Sequence record: NZ_CP029448.1
Origin: a plasmid
Reading direction: 5' to 3' (one strand)
Length of the DNA stretch: 64,000 nt
Of the stretch, positions 53,970 through 64,000 are shown piece by piece (the first letter of the stretch is position 1; every line of letters starts with the position of its first letter). The translations under genes were made by a program, and so were the position numbers. A model generated the notes under the pieces. It saw nothing but the letters and a program-made list of their open reading frames with translations. It was not told the DNA's origin and ran no database searches.

Positions 53970-54567
53970 GGAACGAGTGGTGGAACAGTCGGTTCCGTCG
54001 GGCGTTAACCTGCGGAACAGAAACCCATGCGACTTTCAGGTCGCACTGCCGAAATAATACTGGTTTCCCTTCTTGGTCTGGTGCATTTCCGGGTCGCGCT
54101 TGCCGTCCTTGTTCTTGGTCGAACTGGGCGCATTGATCAGCGTTGCATCGACGATGGTGCCCTGGCGCAGCGACAGGCCGCGGTCGCCCAGAGCCATTGA
54201 TGACAGCGAGGATGCCGGCCGCCAGCTCGTGTTTCTCCAGCAAGCGGCGGAAGTTGAGAATGGTGGTTTCGTCGGGGATGCGCTCCAGGTTCAGCCCGGC
54301 AAACTGGCGCAGGATCGTGGTTTCGTACAGCGCTTCCTCCATCGCTGGATCGCTGTAGCCGAACCAGTTCTGCAGCAGATGCACACGCAGCATCGCCATC
54401 AACGGGTAGGCCGGACGGCCACCTTCACCCTTCGGATAATGTGGCTCGATCAAAGCAATCAAGCCCTTCCACGGCACCACCCGATCCATCTCGATCAGGA
54501 ACAACTCCTTGCGGGTTTGCTTGCGCTTGCCAGCGTACTCGGCGTCGGCGAAGGTCATCTGCTTCAT
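53932..54567 (-). pseudogene. IS5-family (ISKpn26-like) transposase, frameshifted and truncated
   Basis: first roughly 118 aa match the IS5-family Tnp N-terminus ('MKQMTFADAEYAGKRKQTRKE...'), then the frame is lost near 54165, consistent with a 2-bp deletion. Confidence 0.65.
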
Positions 54568-54639
54568 CGGGAAACTCGGTGGGTGGAATCCGGGTATTTT
54601 GCCAAAATCTGGAAGTCTTCTTCAGAGTTTCCCTAGTGT

Positions 54640-54677
54640 GGGGTTTGAGGGCCAACGATGTAAAAAACCACGTTAAT
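54640..54677. repeat. Tn3-family IRL (38 bp)
   Basis: see transposon entry. Confidence 0.8.
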
Positions 54678-54837
54678 AGGTTAACCTATTGTTTTATTTT
54701 AATTATTAGGTGCTGCATTTACAGCTACTCCAATGATCATGGGGCTGATGGTCGATGGAACGCAATACCAAGTAGATTGATTGCATAAAGTTCCTTCAAT
54801 TCCGATCTGCCCTCCCGTTTTCACATCCTACTTCAGT

Positions 54838-56904
54838 TCAATTTTGTTGCCATTCCTTTACAACAGCTTCCCAATTGGCCGTTCTCTCGACCAATTTCCC
54901 ATCAGCATCCTTTCTTGTCCAAACATCCCAGAAATCAGGGTCATCAGAATGGGGTTGCTGCTCTTTCGTCAAATTTTTCATTTTAACTAAGACAGGAAGT
55001 TCAGATGCCCAGCCCATCAGTATTGCATGTTGAGATGGCAATGAAGGCAATTCACGGAGTAATCCTCGCAAATTGTCGGGTACCATTTTATGAACTTGCT
55101 CCTGATCTTTGTCATTGCTAATTCGATGCAGAAGAAAAGTATTACATTGAGATAAAACTGTAGGTGATAATTCTGATGGTCGTTGCGAAGAAATAACCAT
55201 ACCGAGACCAAATTTCCTGCCTTCTCGTGCAATTTTCTCAAATACTTGACAGCAAACAGCTGCGACATCCTGATTTTCACTGTCCTCACGATACCGTTTA
55301 ATAAATGTATGTGCTTCTTCAGCAACAAGTACCGTAGGTAAAGATTTGTTATATAGTCGTCTATAACGTTGCAATGATTCAAAAATAATTCTTGAAATGA
55401 CAGCTGTCACAAGATGAGTAATTTCAGTTGGTACTAAAGAAAGATCAATAATTGAAACGCAGCTATCACCATCACCATCTTTCCCAATATATGTTTCTAA
55501 CCAATTAGCCAAGTCAACTCTATGCTCTGAGTCATTGGTTATGGGTTTCATTCTTGTATCCGCAAGCATTGTGCGTATTCTAGCTACTAGATATTCAACA
55601 TATTGCTCGCTACCATTTTCTTGTGCTAACGCCTCTAAATAGGAGACTAAATTATTTCCGTCAAAAGGGACGGGGATATCCTCGTTTTTAGGAAGGAGTT
55701 CACACTCATCGCCTCCAAGGCTCTGAAATGAAGATAACACTCCATTTATGATGTTATCAACTGCGCTAACTTTAGCATTGTAATCTGGATATCTGCCTTC
55801 TCTTTGCCCACAAAAATCTTGAATAGAGATGATTAATTTATCTAGCTCAGGGCATGGTGTAGTTAATCTCGCTTTGTATTCTTCCAGACTCTGACGCCAA
55901 ATATTAATTTTAGCCAAAAGATTTTTGGCTCCAGGGAAATCATTAAGTGCCGCTGCTCCTTTAGATTTATCCGCTTTTAAAGAAACCAAAATTGTACCTA
56001 GGTATTTTTTAACTTCTATATCTATATTCTTTTGTAAATCAAATTCTTCATTTCTCATTGCTCTCAAGGAGCGTTTTAGTAATGGAAGTTGTGCTTTAGG
56101 ACTTGCTTGCGTGAATGATGCCCACTCCGAACTATTCCAAAACCATGAGGGTACTTGTAATTGGTTTTCACTGCCTTCAGCCTCAACCTTAAATACTCTA
56201 CCTTTAAATTTCGTCGTTGGCCCCAAAGCACGTGCATACTCGCCGTTGGGGTCTAGGATGATAAATCTGGCATTTGGTTTTATTTGTGATTCCAATGCAG
56301 ATTCGAGTGACCACTGGATTAATCCAGATACAGAGCAAGACTTACCGCTACCAGTATTTCCGAGCACTGCTATATGACGACCAAATAATCTATCAGGATC
56401 TACAGCTACATTTGCATTGTTCGCAAGTGGACTTTGTCCAATGATCACTCGCCTATTATTTCCAGATTCGACTATTGATCTAAGTTGTAAATCTGTCGGT
56501 AGTAAAATAGCAGCCCCAATAGAAGGAAACGATTCAGAACCTCGTTGAAATCTGAAATAATCAGTACCATCTTTGGACAAACGTTTAAGCATTCCCACCG
56601 GATTCAAACTTATTTTTTTTCGGGGGAATGGTAGATTTACTAAACCAAATTCTTGAACATCTCTTTGTTTTGGATAAGGCGAATGTTCTACAGCAAGCCA
56701 CTCTATTTGCCCAACTAAGTAACCATTATCACATGATATTAATACATAACTGTTTACTCTTGGAAAGTTTCTAGGCGTTCCTGCATTCAAAGCAACAGTA
56801 TCAGGTGAGTCAATCTCTAATATTGCTCTAATTTCATTAGGTGAAACAAAATCTACAGTGCCGACCCTGAGTTGCTCACCTTGTTCAATCGGAAATGAGT
56901 TCAT
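54838..56904 (-). CDS. herA: HerA-like (DUF87 / FtsK-HerA superfamily) ATPase, 688 aa
   Basis: Walker A 'GNTGSGKS', Walker B 'FIILDPNGEY'; start ATG overlaps the sir2 stop (ATGA). Confidence 0.8.
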   Translation of the reverse strand: MNSFPIEQGEQLRVGTVDFVSPNEIRAILEIDSPDTVALNAGTPRNFPRVNSYVLISCDNGYLVGQIEWLAVEHSPYPKQRDVQEFGLVNLPFPRKKISLNPVGMLKRLSKDGTDYFRFQRGSESFPSIGAAILLPTDLQLRSIVESGNNRRVIIGQSPLANNANVAVDPDRLFGRHIAVLGNTGSGKSCSVSGLIQWSLESALESQIKPNARFIILDPNGEYARALGPTTKFKGRVFKVEAEGSENQLQVPSWFWNSSEWASFTQASPKAQLPLLKRSLRAMRNEEFDLQKNIDIEVKKYLGTILVSLKADKSKGAAALNDFPGAKNLLAKINIWRQSLEEYKARLTTPCPELDKLIISIQDFCGQREGRYPDYNAKVSAVDNIINGVLSSFQSLGGDECELLPKNEDIPVPFDGNNLVSYLEALAQENGSEQYVEYLVARIRTMLADTRMKPITNDSEHRVDLANWLETYIGKDGDGDSCVSIIDLSLVPTEITHLVTAVISRIIFESLQRYRRLYNKSLPTVLVAEEAHTFIKRYREDSENQDVAAVCCQVFEKIAREGRKFGLGMVISSQRPSELSPTVLSQCNTFLLHRISNDKDQEQVHKMVPDNLRGLLRELPSLPSQHAILMGWASELPVLVKMKNLTKEQQPHSDDPDFWDVWTRKDADGKLVERTANWEAVVKEWQQN

Positions 56905-58292
56905 TCAGCATCCTCGCTATTATTTGAAATTGTTGTACGATATAAACCCCTTGATTTCAATAGTTCTGCCATACGAATTGATGATCTGTCTATCGCTGCT
57001 TTAGGAAGATAAAAATCCACTAAATTCTTGATATCTCCAAAGTGGTCACCAAGTAATAAAGATATTTGAGCTTTTCTTCCACTTTCGTTTACAAAGCGCA
57101 TAATTCTACCGAGTGGATCGCCGTAGGCAATTATTACTATATGCGTTGAGGGTATTGTCAGCATGTCAATAATAACACGGTTTATATGTTCATCTCCAAA
57201 ACTATAACCATATGTTACCAAAGTACTATTAGGACGACATGTTGCAGATGCTAAGTCTCTGAATAGTTCAACATAAGGGTATTCTGATGTTTCTCGGTCT
57301 TTAACCGAGTTTGGATAAATCATTAATTGATGATAGTTCGCTGCTCCAGCAGCCTCCACTTGTAAAAAGGGTTCCACCGAACTCGCACCAAAAGGTAATC
57401 CAAATCGCCTTATGGCTCCTTCGGTAGTATACCAGTCCAATGAGCCATGTAATTTAGTAAAGCGCGCCACACCTTCCAAATATCTTGGTTCACCACGAAT
57501 ACCCGGTGGATTATAATGATAGTCGACTTCTAGTCGCGAAGATCTGAAAATAGGCGCTATAGTACCAACAAATCTGTCAATTAGTCGAATACCTGCTATT
57601 TCAGCTCCTGCTTCAATTATCCTGTCGTAATTCGTCGTGAAAATATGTAATCGATCCCTTGTCGCTGTTCGACTTGAAAAACTCATCAAAAAACTTACTA
57701 AATAATTAAACGTTTGTGTTTTTAAATCGTTTTTTGCATCGCGAATTAACTTTTCCCCATTACTAACTGAATCTGAGAATAATTTCAAACATCTTGTTAG
57801 CTCATTATTTAACTCAACTAACTCACTTTTTAAATTTCGATATGGGAGAGCACCAGGAGGCGGTTCTGGAAGTGGGAGATTTTGCGCAGTTAAAATCTCT
57901 AATCCTTTAATTAACTCATTAATTGAACGGATTTGGTCTTCAATATTACCTCTTCCTCTTCCTGAGGCTTCAGCTGTTTTAGCTACATAACTATCTATTT
58001 CAGCCTTGCAAACTTTGAGATCATTAATCCATCCCATGCCTTGAGGTTTCGTGCCTGTCGCTGACTCTTGGATTGCTGAACTAAGTCCCGCGCCAATAAG
58101 TATATTTAGGTGTTCAGACTGAAAAAGAGCAGTTAACCAAGGTTCTATTCTTAAACGCAAAAAATCAGGAGTGATTTTATCTCCTGGTTTTGCCCATGAG
58201 CAGTGTCCAACAACTTTAAATGCACCAACTTCGCTGTGTGGATCCAACTGAACCGGAGACTGGTCATCTCCAAGCTTTAAGTATTGACTCAC
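56901..58292 (-). CDS. SIR2-like domain protein (predicted NAD+ hydrolase), 463 aa
   Basis: sirtuin-type motifs 'NILIGAGLS' (GAGxS), 'FTTNYDRIIE' (TxNxD), 'LHGSLDW' (catalytic His); no Zn-ribbon cysteines, as in defense-type SIR2. Confidence 0.75.
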   Translation of the reverse strand: MSQYLKLGDDQSPVQLDPHSEVGAFKVVGHCSWAKPGDKITPDFLRLRIEPWLTALFQSEHLNILIGAGLSSAIQESATGTKPQGMGWINDLKVCKAEIDSYVAKTAEASGRGRGNIEDQIRSINELIKGLEILTAQNLPLPEPPPGALPYRNLKSELVELNNELTRCLKLFSDSVSNGEKLIRDAKNDLKTQTFNYLVSFLMSFSSRTATRDRLHIFTTNYDRIIEAGAEIAGIRLIDRFVGTIAPIFRSSRLEVDYHYNPPGIRGEPRYLEGVARFTKLHGSLDWYTTEGAIRRFGLPFGASSVEPFLQVEAAGAANYHQLMIYPNSVKDRETSEYPYVELFRDLASATCRPNSTLVTYGYSFGDEHINRVIIDMLTIPSTHIVIIAYGDPLGRIMRFVNESGRKAQISLLLGDHFGDIKNLVDFYLPKAAIDRSSIRMAELLKSRGLYRTTISNNSEDAE

Positions 58293-58299
58293 TTTGAAT

Positions 58300-58869
58300 T
58301 CATCCTTCGTTAGAGTTAATAGCTGTTTTTCTTTTCAGCCTAAAATAGGTCGCCCTTGATATACCCGTTTTTTCCATTACTTCCTTAACTTGTACGTCCT
58401 TATTAATCAATTCATTAGCTAATTCAGCCTTCTTGTGAGGCTTTCTTCCGAATTTGACCCCCTTAATCATAGCGGTCTTCCGCCCATCGTTAGTTCGCTC
58501 CAAGATCCTTTCTCGTTCCGCCTCGGCAACAGCTGCTAGTATCTGGATAACCATTTTTCCCATTGTGCCTTCAGTACTAAGACCATTCTCTAGAAATCGG
58601 ATAGCGATGCCTTTTTTATAGCAAGTATCCACAATACGAATCATATCAGCGGTATTACGTCCTAGACGATCCATTTTAGTACAGAGGATGATGTCATCTT
58701 TCTCCGCTCTGGCAAGGAGTCTCTGTAGCCCTGCACGCTCATCAGTTGCTCCTGACATCATGTCAGTAAATACACGATCATCCCTCACTCCCGCTGTTTT
58801 GAGTTCAGTAATCTGGCTCGTCAGTTTCTGATGGCTGGTTGATACTCTTGCATATCCTAATAATGCCAT
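58300..58869 (-). CDS. tnpR: serine resolvase TnpR
   Basis: 'GYARVSTSHQ' catalytic Ser motif, C-terminal HTH 'ISRATYFRL'. Confidence 0.9.
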   Translation of the reverse strand: MALLGYARVSTSHQKLTSQITELKTAGVRDDRVFTDMMSGATDERAGLQRLLARAEKDDIILCTKMDRLGRNTADMIRIVDTCYKKGIAIRFLENGLSTEGTMGKMVIQILAAVAEAERERILERTNDGRKTAMIKGVKFGRKPHKKAELANELINKDVQVKEVMEKTGISRATYFRLKRKTAINSNEG

Positions 58870-59028
58870 TTTGGTCTCATAAATCGATATTGATACTGCG
58901 TAGTATCATAAGGTATAAATCGCGATTTTTGATACTAATGTATGATGCCGTTTTGAGCAGTCTCACAATTTATAATATTTGAGACGGTTAAAAAAAGGAC
59001 AGAACTCCCGTTTACGAAAGGATGCGCA
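58870..59028. promoter_or_regulatory. res site / divergent tnpR-tnpA promoter region
   Basis: AT-rich 159-bp spacer with perfect palindrome TGATACTGCGTAGTATCA (58891-58908) and related half-site TGATACTAATGTATGA (58930-58945). Confidence 0.6.
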
Positions 59029-62000
59029 ATGAGTGATGACTTTCTTACCAGCGAACAGACAGAAAACTACGGTCGCTATGTGGCAGACCCAAATGAGGTT
59101 CAGCTGGCTCGGTATTTTCATCTGGATGAGCGTGACCTTGCTTTTATTAATCAGCGACGGGGAAAACATAACCGGCTGGGGATTGCACTTCAGCTGACTA
59201 CGGCGCGCTTTCTGGGAACGTTTCTTCCTGATCCCCTTCAAATTCCCTCATTCATCCGTTTTTACATTGCGGCACAGTTGAACATCAGCCGACCAGAGAT
59301 CCTTTCCCGGTATGCTGAAAGAGAAAATACCCGCTGGGAGCATCAGGGGCTTATCAAGCTCTATTATGATTATCATGATTTTGGTGATTTCCCCTGGACA
59401 TTCAGACTGAAGCGTTTGCTCTATACTCGCGCCTGGCTCAGCAATGAGCGTCCAGGTCTGCTGTTTGATTTTGCTACCGCATGGTTGCTGCAAAATAAGA
59501 TCCTGCTACCCGCAGCCTCGACTCTGACAAGGCTGATTGGCGAAGTACGCGAACGGGCAAGTCGACGATTATGGCGAAGGCTGGCTTTGTTGCCTGACAG
59601 CTGGCAGAAAACACAACTGGACGGTTTACTTGAAATACCTGAAGGGCAGCGTATATCGGTGCTGGAGGAGATGCGAAAAGGTCCTGTCACTATCAGTGGG
59701 CCGTCATTTACAGACGCCCTGGAGCGATATACCCGACTGCGTAGCATGGAGTTTTCCCGGTTGAATTTCTCCGGTCTGCCTGCCATCCAGCTGCGGAATT
59801 TGGCCCGTTATGCCGGAATGGCTTCGGTGAAATACATTTCAAGAATGCCTGACGAACGGCGACTGGCCGTGCTTACTGCGTTTGTGAAAGCACAGGAAAT
59901 TTCGGCGCTTGACGAGGCCGTGGATGTGCTGGATATGCTTATTCTGGATATCACGCGTTCTGCAAAAAATATCGGGCAGAAAAAGCGGCTCAGGACCCTG
60001 AAAGATCTTGATCGTGCCGCGCTATTACTGGCACGGGCATGCACGTTATTACTTGATGAGAACACCGATGAAGCAGCTCTGCGGCAGGCTATTTTTCGCC
60101 GCATACCAAAGGACAAACTGGCTGAATCCGTCGGCAAGGTAAATGAGCTGGCGCGCCCGCAAGATACTCAGTTTCAGGATGAAATGGTGGAACAATATGG
60201 ACGGGTGAAGCGTTTCCTGTCCGCGATGTTGCGTGACTTACACTTTCAGGCCGCCCCGGCCGGGGAGCTCACGTTGTCAGCAATCCATTATCTGGCCGAA
60301 CTGAGTGGCTCAAAAAAGCGAATTCTCGACGATGCACCAGAGCAAATCATTTCCGGCCCATGGAAACGTCTGGTCTACGACAGAGATGGTAGGATTCTAC
60401 GAGCGGGTTACTCGCTGTGTCTTCTCGAGCGCCTTCAAGATTCTTTGCGCCGTCGTGATCTCTGGCTGGAGAACAGTGATCGGTGGGGGGACCCGCGTCA
60501 AAAATTGCTTCAGGGAGCTGAATGGCAGGCACAACGCATCCCGGTATGTCGGGCGCTGGGTCATCCATCAGACGGAACTAAAGCAGCAGAACAACTGGCT
60601 ACGCGGCTTGATGACACATGGAAATCAGTGGCTTCACGTTTTGCCTGCAACGCAGCGGTCAGCATAAGCAATGAAGGTAAGCATCCCTCACTGACGATTA
60701 GCAGTCTGGATAAACTGGATGAGCCACCGGCACTGATACAATTGAATCGTCGGGTAAGAGAATTGATCCCTCCGGTTGATCTGACGGAGCTGTTGCTTGA
60801 AATAGATGCCCGAACCGGTTTTACCCGCGAATTCAGCCACGTCAGTGAATCAGGTGCTCGGGCGCAGGATCTCCAGGTCAGTCTGTGCGCAACACTGCTG
60901 GCAGAAGCCTGCAATATAGGGCATGAACCCCTGATAAAGCATAATATTCCCGCGCTTACTCGCCATCGTCTGAGCTGGGTTAAACAAAATTATCTCAGGG
61001 CAGAAACGCTGGTCACCGCTAATGCACGGCTGGTTGATTTTCAGTCCACGCTGCCGCTCGCGGGGTACTGGGGAGGTGGTGAGGTTGCCTCCGCAGATGG
61101 TATGCGTTTTGTCACACCGGTTAAAACGGTTAATTCCGGACCAAATCGTAAATACTTTGGTTCAGGACGCGGTATCACCTGGTACAACTTCGTCTCCGAT
61201 CAATACTCCGGTTTCCATGGCATTGTAGTTCCCGGGACGCTTCGTGATTCCATCTTTGTACTGGAAGGGCTTCTGGAGCAGCAGACCGGGCTGAATCCGG
61301 TAGAAATTATGACGGACACGGCAGGATCCAGCGATATCATTTTTGGCCTGTTCTGGTTACTGGGCTACCAGTTTTCCCCTCGTCTGGCCGATGCAGGCGG
61401 GGCGATATTCTGGCGGGCAGATAAAACGGCACATTATGGTGCCCTGAATGAGCTGGCCCGGGGATGTGTTGAACTGTCAAAAATAGAATCCCAATGGGAT
61501 GAAATGATGCGAATGGCGGGCTCACTGAAGCTTGGGACCATCCATGCATCAGAGCTTATTCGTTCACTGTTGAGAAGTAGCCGACCATCTGGTCTGGCTC
61601 AGGCGATTATGGAAGTGGGCCGGGTCAACAAGACGTTGTATCTTCTCAACTATATCGATGATGAGGATTACCGGCGTCGGATCCTCACTCAGCTCAACCG
61701 GGGAGAAGGACGCCATGCAGTGGCTCGAGCCATTTGCTACGGACAACGTGGTGAGATTAGAAAACGCTACCGTGAAGGGCAGGAAGATCAACTCGGTGCT
61801 CTGGGTCTGGTGACCAATGCGGTTGTGCTGTGGAATACACTTTACATGCAGGAGGCGTTGTCACATCTTCGCAAATCGGGGGAAACACCTGAAGAGGAGC
61901 ATCTGGCAAGATTATCGCCGCTGATACATGGCCATATAAATATGCTGGGACATTATACGTTTTCGTTACCGGAAGATATTCTGAAGGGCGAGTTAAGACC

Positions 62001-62037
62001 ATTAAATTTGAATACAAACAATGAATTAACCTCTTAG
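59029..62037 (+). CDS. tnpA: Tn3-family transposase TnpA (1002 aa)
   Basis: DUF4158 N-terminus 'RLGIALQLTTARFLG', Tn3 DDE catalytic body; stop codon inside IRR. Confidence 0.95.
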   Translation: MSDDFLTSEQTENYGRYVADPNEVQLARYFHLDERDLAFINQRRGKHNRLGIALQLTTARFLGTFLPDPLQIPSFIRFYIAAQLNISRPEILSRYAERENTRWEHQGLIKLYYDYHDFGDFPWTFRLKRLLYTRAWLSNERPGLLFDFATAWLLQNKILLPAASTLTRLIGEVRERASRRLWRRLALLPDSWQKTQLDGLLEIPEGQRISVLEEMRKGPVTISGPSFTDALERYTRLRSMEFSRLNFSGLPAIQLRNLARYAGMASVKYISRMPDERRLAVLTAFVKAQEISALDEAVDVLDMLILDITRSAKNIGQKKRLRTLKDLDRAALLLARACTLLLDENTDEAALRQAIFRRIPKDKLAESVGKVNELARPQDTQFQDEMVEQYGRVKRFLSAMLRDLHFQAAPAGELTLSAIHYLAELSGSKKRILDDAPEQIISGPWKRLVYDRDGRILRAGYSLCLLERLQDSLRRRDLWLENSDRWGDPRQKLLQGAEWQAQRIPVCRALGHPSDGTKAAEQLATRLDDTWKSVASRFACNAAVSISNEGKHPSLTISSLDKLDEPPALIQLNRRVRELIPPVDLTELLLEIDARTGFTREFSHVSESGARAQDLQVSLCATLLAEACNIGHEPLIKHNIPALTRHRLSWVKQNYLRAETLVTANARLVDFQSTLPLAGYWGGGEVASADGMRFVTPVKTVNSGPNRKYFGSGRGITWYNFVSDQYSGFHGIVVPGTLRDSIFVLEGLLEQQTGLNPVEIMTDTAGSSDIIFGLFWLLGYQFSPRLADAGGAIFWRADKTAHYGALNELARGCVELSKIESQWDEMMRMAGSLKLGTIHASELIRSLLRSSRPSGLAQAIMEVGRVNKTLYLLNYIDDEDYRRRILTQLNRGEGRHAVARAICYGQRGEIRKRYREGQEDQLGALGLVTNAVVLWNTLYMQEALSHLRKSGETPEEEHLARLSPLIHGHINMLGHYTFSLPEDILKGELRPLNLNTNNELTS

Positions 62038-62068
62038 CGTGGTTTTTTACATCATTGGACCTCGAACC
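62031..62068. repeat. Tn3-family IRR (38 bp)
   Basis: see transposon entry. Confidence 0.8.
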
Positions 62069-62345
62069 CCAGTGTGCGCTCTCTTGCTTGGATGGCATTA
62101 CGTTCTGGCCCAACGTTACTGTAGCGAATCCGCAGCAGTATCAATCAAAGCCTCCTGTATCCCGCGTGAAGAAAGACGCTACGTTGCGCCCGTTCTTCCA
62201 CGGCTTCGCTTGCCGCCCCGCTACGGCAGATTCGAAGTATTCATCGAAATGTCATCCTTTAGAAGCAGTGCGGTAACAAGGAATTTCTATCCTTTGCATC
62301 GCGAACCGCAATTGTGCGGCCAGCAATATTGCGAAAGGTGATCAA

Positions 62346-64000
<1,655 letters not shown>

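Larger units (their letters stand above)
54640..62068. mobile_element. Tn3-family transposon (about 7.43 kb) carrying tnpA, tnpR, res and a SIR2-HerA cargo operon; 5-bp target-site duplication AGTGT
   Basis: IRL GGGGTTTGAGGGCCAACGATGTAAAAAACCACGTTAAT (54640-54677). IRR is the reverse complement of 62031-62068 = GGGGTTCGAGGTCCAATGATGTAAAAAACCACGCTAAG. AGTGT at 54635-54639 and 62069-62073. Confidence 0.85.

Noticed and set aside
54073-54636. 187-aa plus-strand ORF overlapping the ISKpn26-like transposase pseudogene
   Set aside because: It is the antisense translation of the IS5-family transposase region; no independent support

Overview
This 64 kb window is a mosaic accessory region of the kind found on large enterobacterial metal-resistance plasmids or islands (IncH-like signature: hha paralog, parDE, pco, sil, ter). 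There are no rRNA or tRNA genes and no CRISPR array.

Main blocks, left to right:
(1) 400-7000: a nest of IS481-family transposase genes and pseudogenes. It contains a minimal Tn3-family element (tnpA + tnpR only) flanked by 38-bp inverted repeats and a 5-bp target duplication CTGTA.
(2) 7000-10500: plasmid-backbone-like genes, including an Hha/YmoA-family modulator, several unknowns and a ParD/ParE toxin-antitoxin pair.
(3) 10.7-19.3 kb: a complete pcoABCDRSE copper-resistance cluster with a PcoE-like paralog and an M23 peptidase.
(4) 19.3-32.5 kb: a complete silver/copper efflux cluster (silP, DUF411, silABFC, silRS, silE, DUF305) with recognisable CusR/PcoR-type 'cop box' palindromes.
(5) 32.45-33.7 kb: an IS3-family insertion sequence.
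(6) 33.8-47.7 kb: a HAD hydrolase, terZABCDEF (minus strand), and a divergent ter-associated seven-gene predicted biosynthetic module (ATP-grasp, PRTase, HAD, StiP-like, HpcH-like, DUF4236) ending in terW. The intergenic region contains a 286-bp Tn3-derived miniature inverted-repeat element.
(7) 47.9-54.6 kb: a LuxR-type regulator, an IS407-group IS3 element, a CDF transporter, a cytochrome b562-like protein, a cytochrome b561 fragment truncated by an intact IS5, a P-loop ATPase remnant and an ISKpn26-like pseudogene.
(8) 54.64-62.07 kb: a 7.4 kb Tn3-family transposon (tnpA, tnpR, res) with 38-bp inverted repeats and a 5-bp target duplication AGTGT. Its cargo is a low-GC two-gene SIR2-like NADase + HerA-like ATPase operon, i.e. 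a candidate anti-phage NAD-depletion defense system.
(9) 62.1-64 kb: a high-GC phnC / phnD(partial) phosphonate ABC transporter.

The most notable item is the SIR2-HerA pair carried as transposon cargo.
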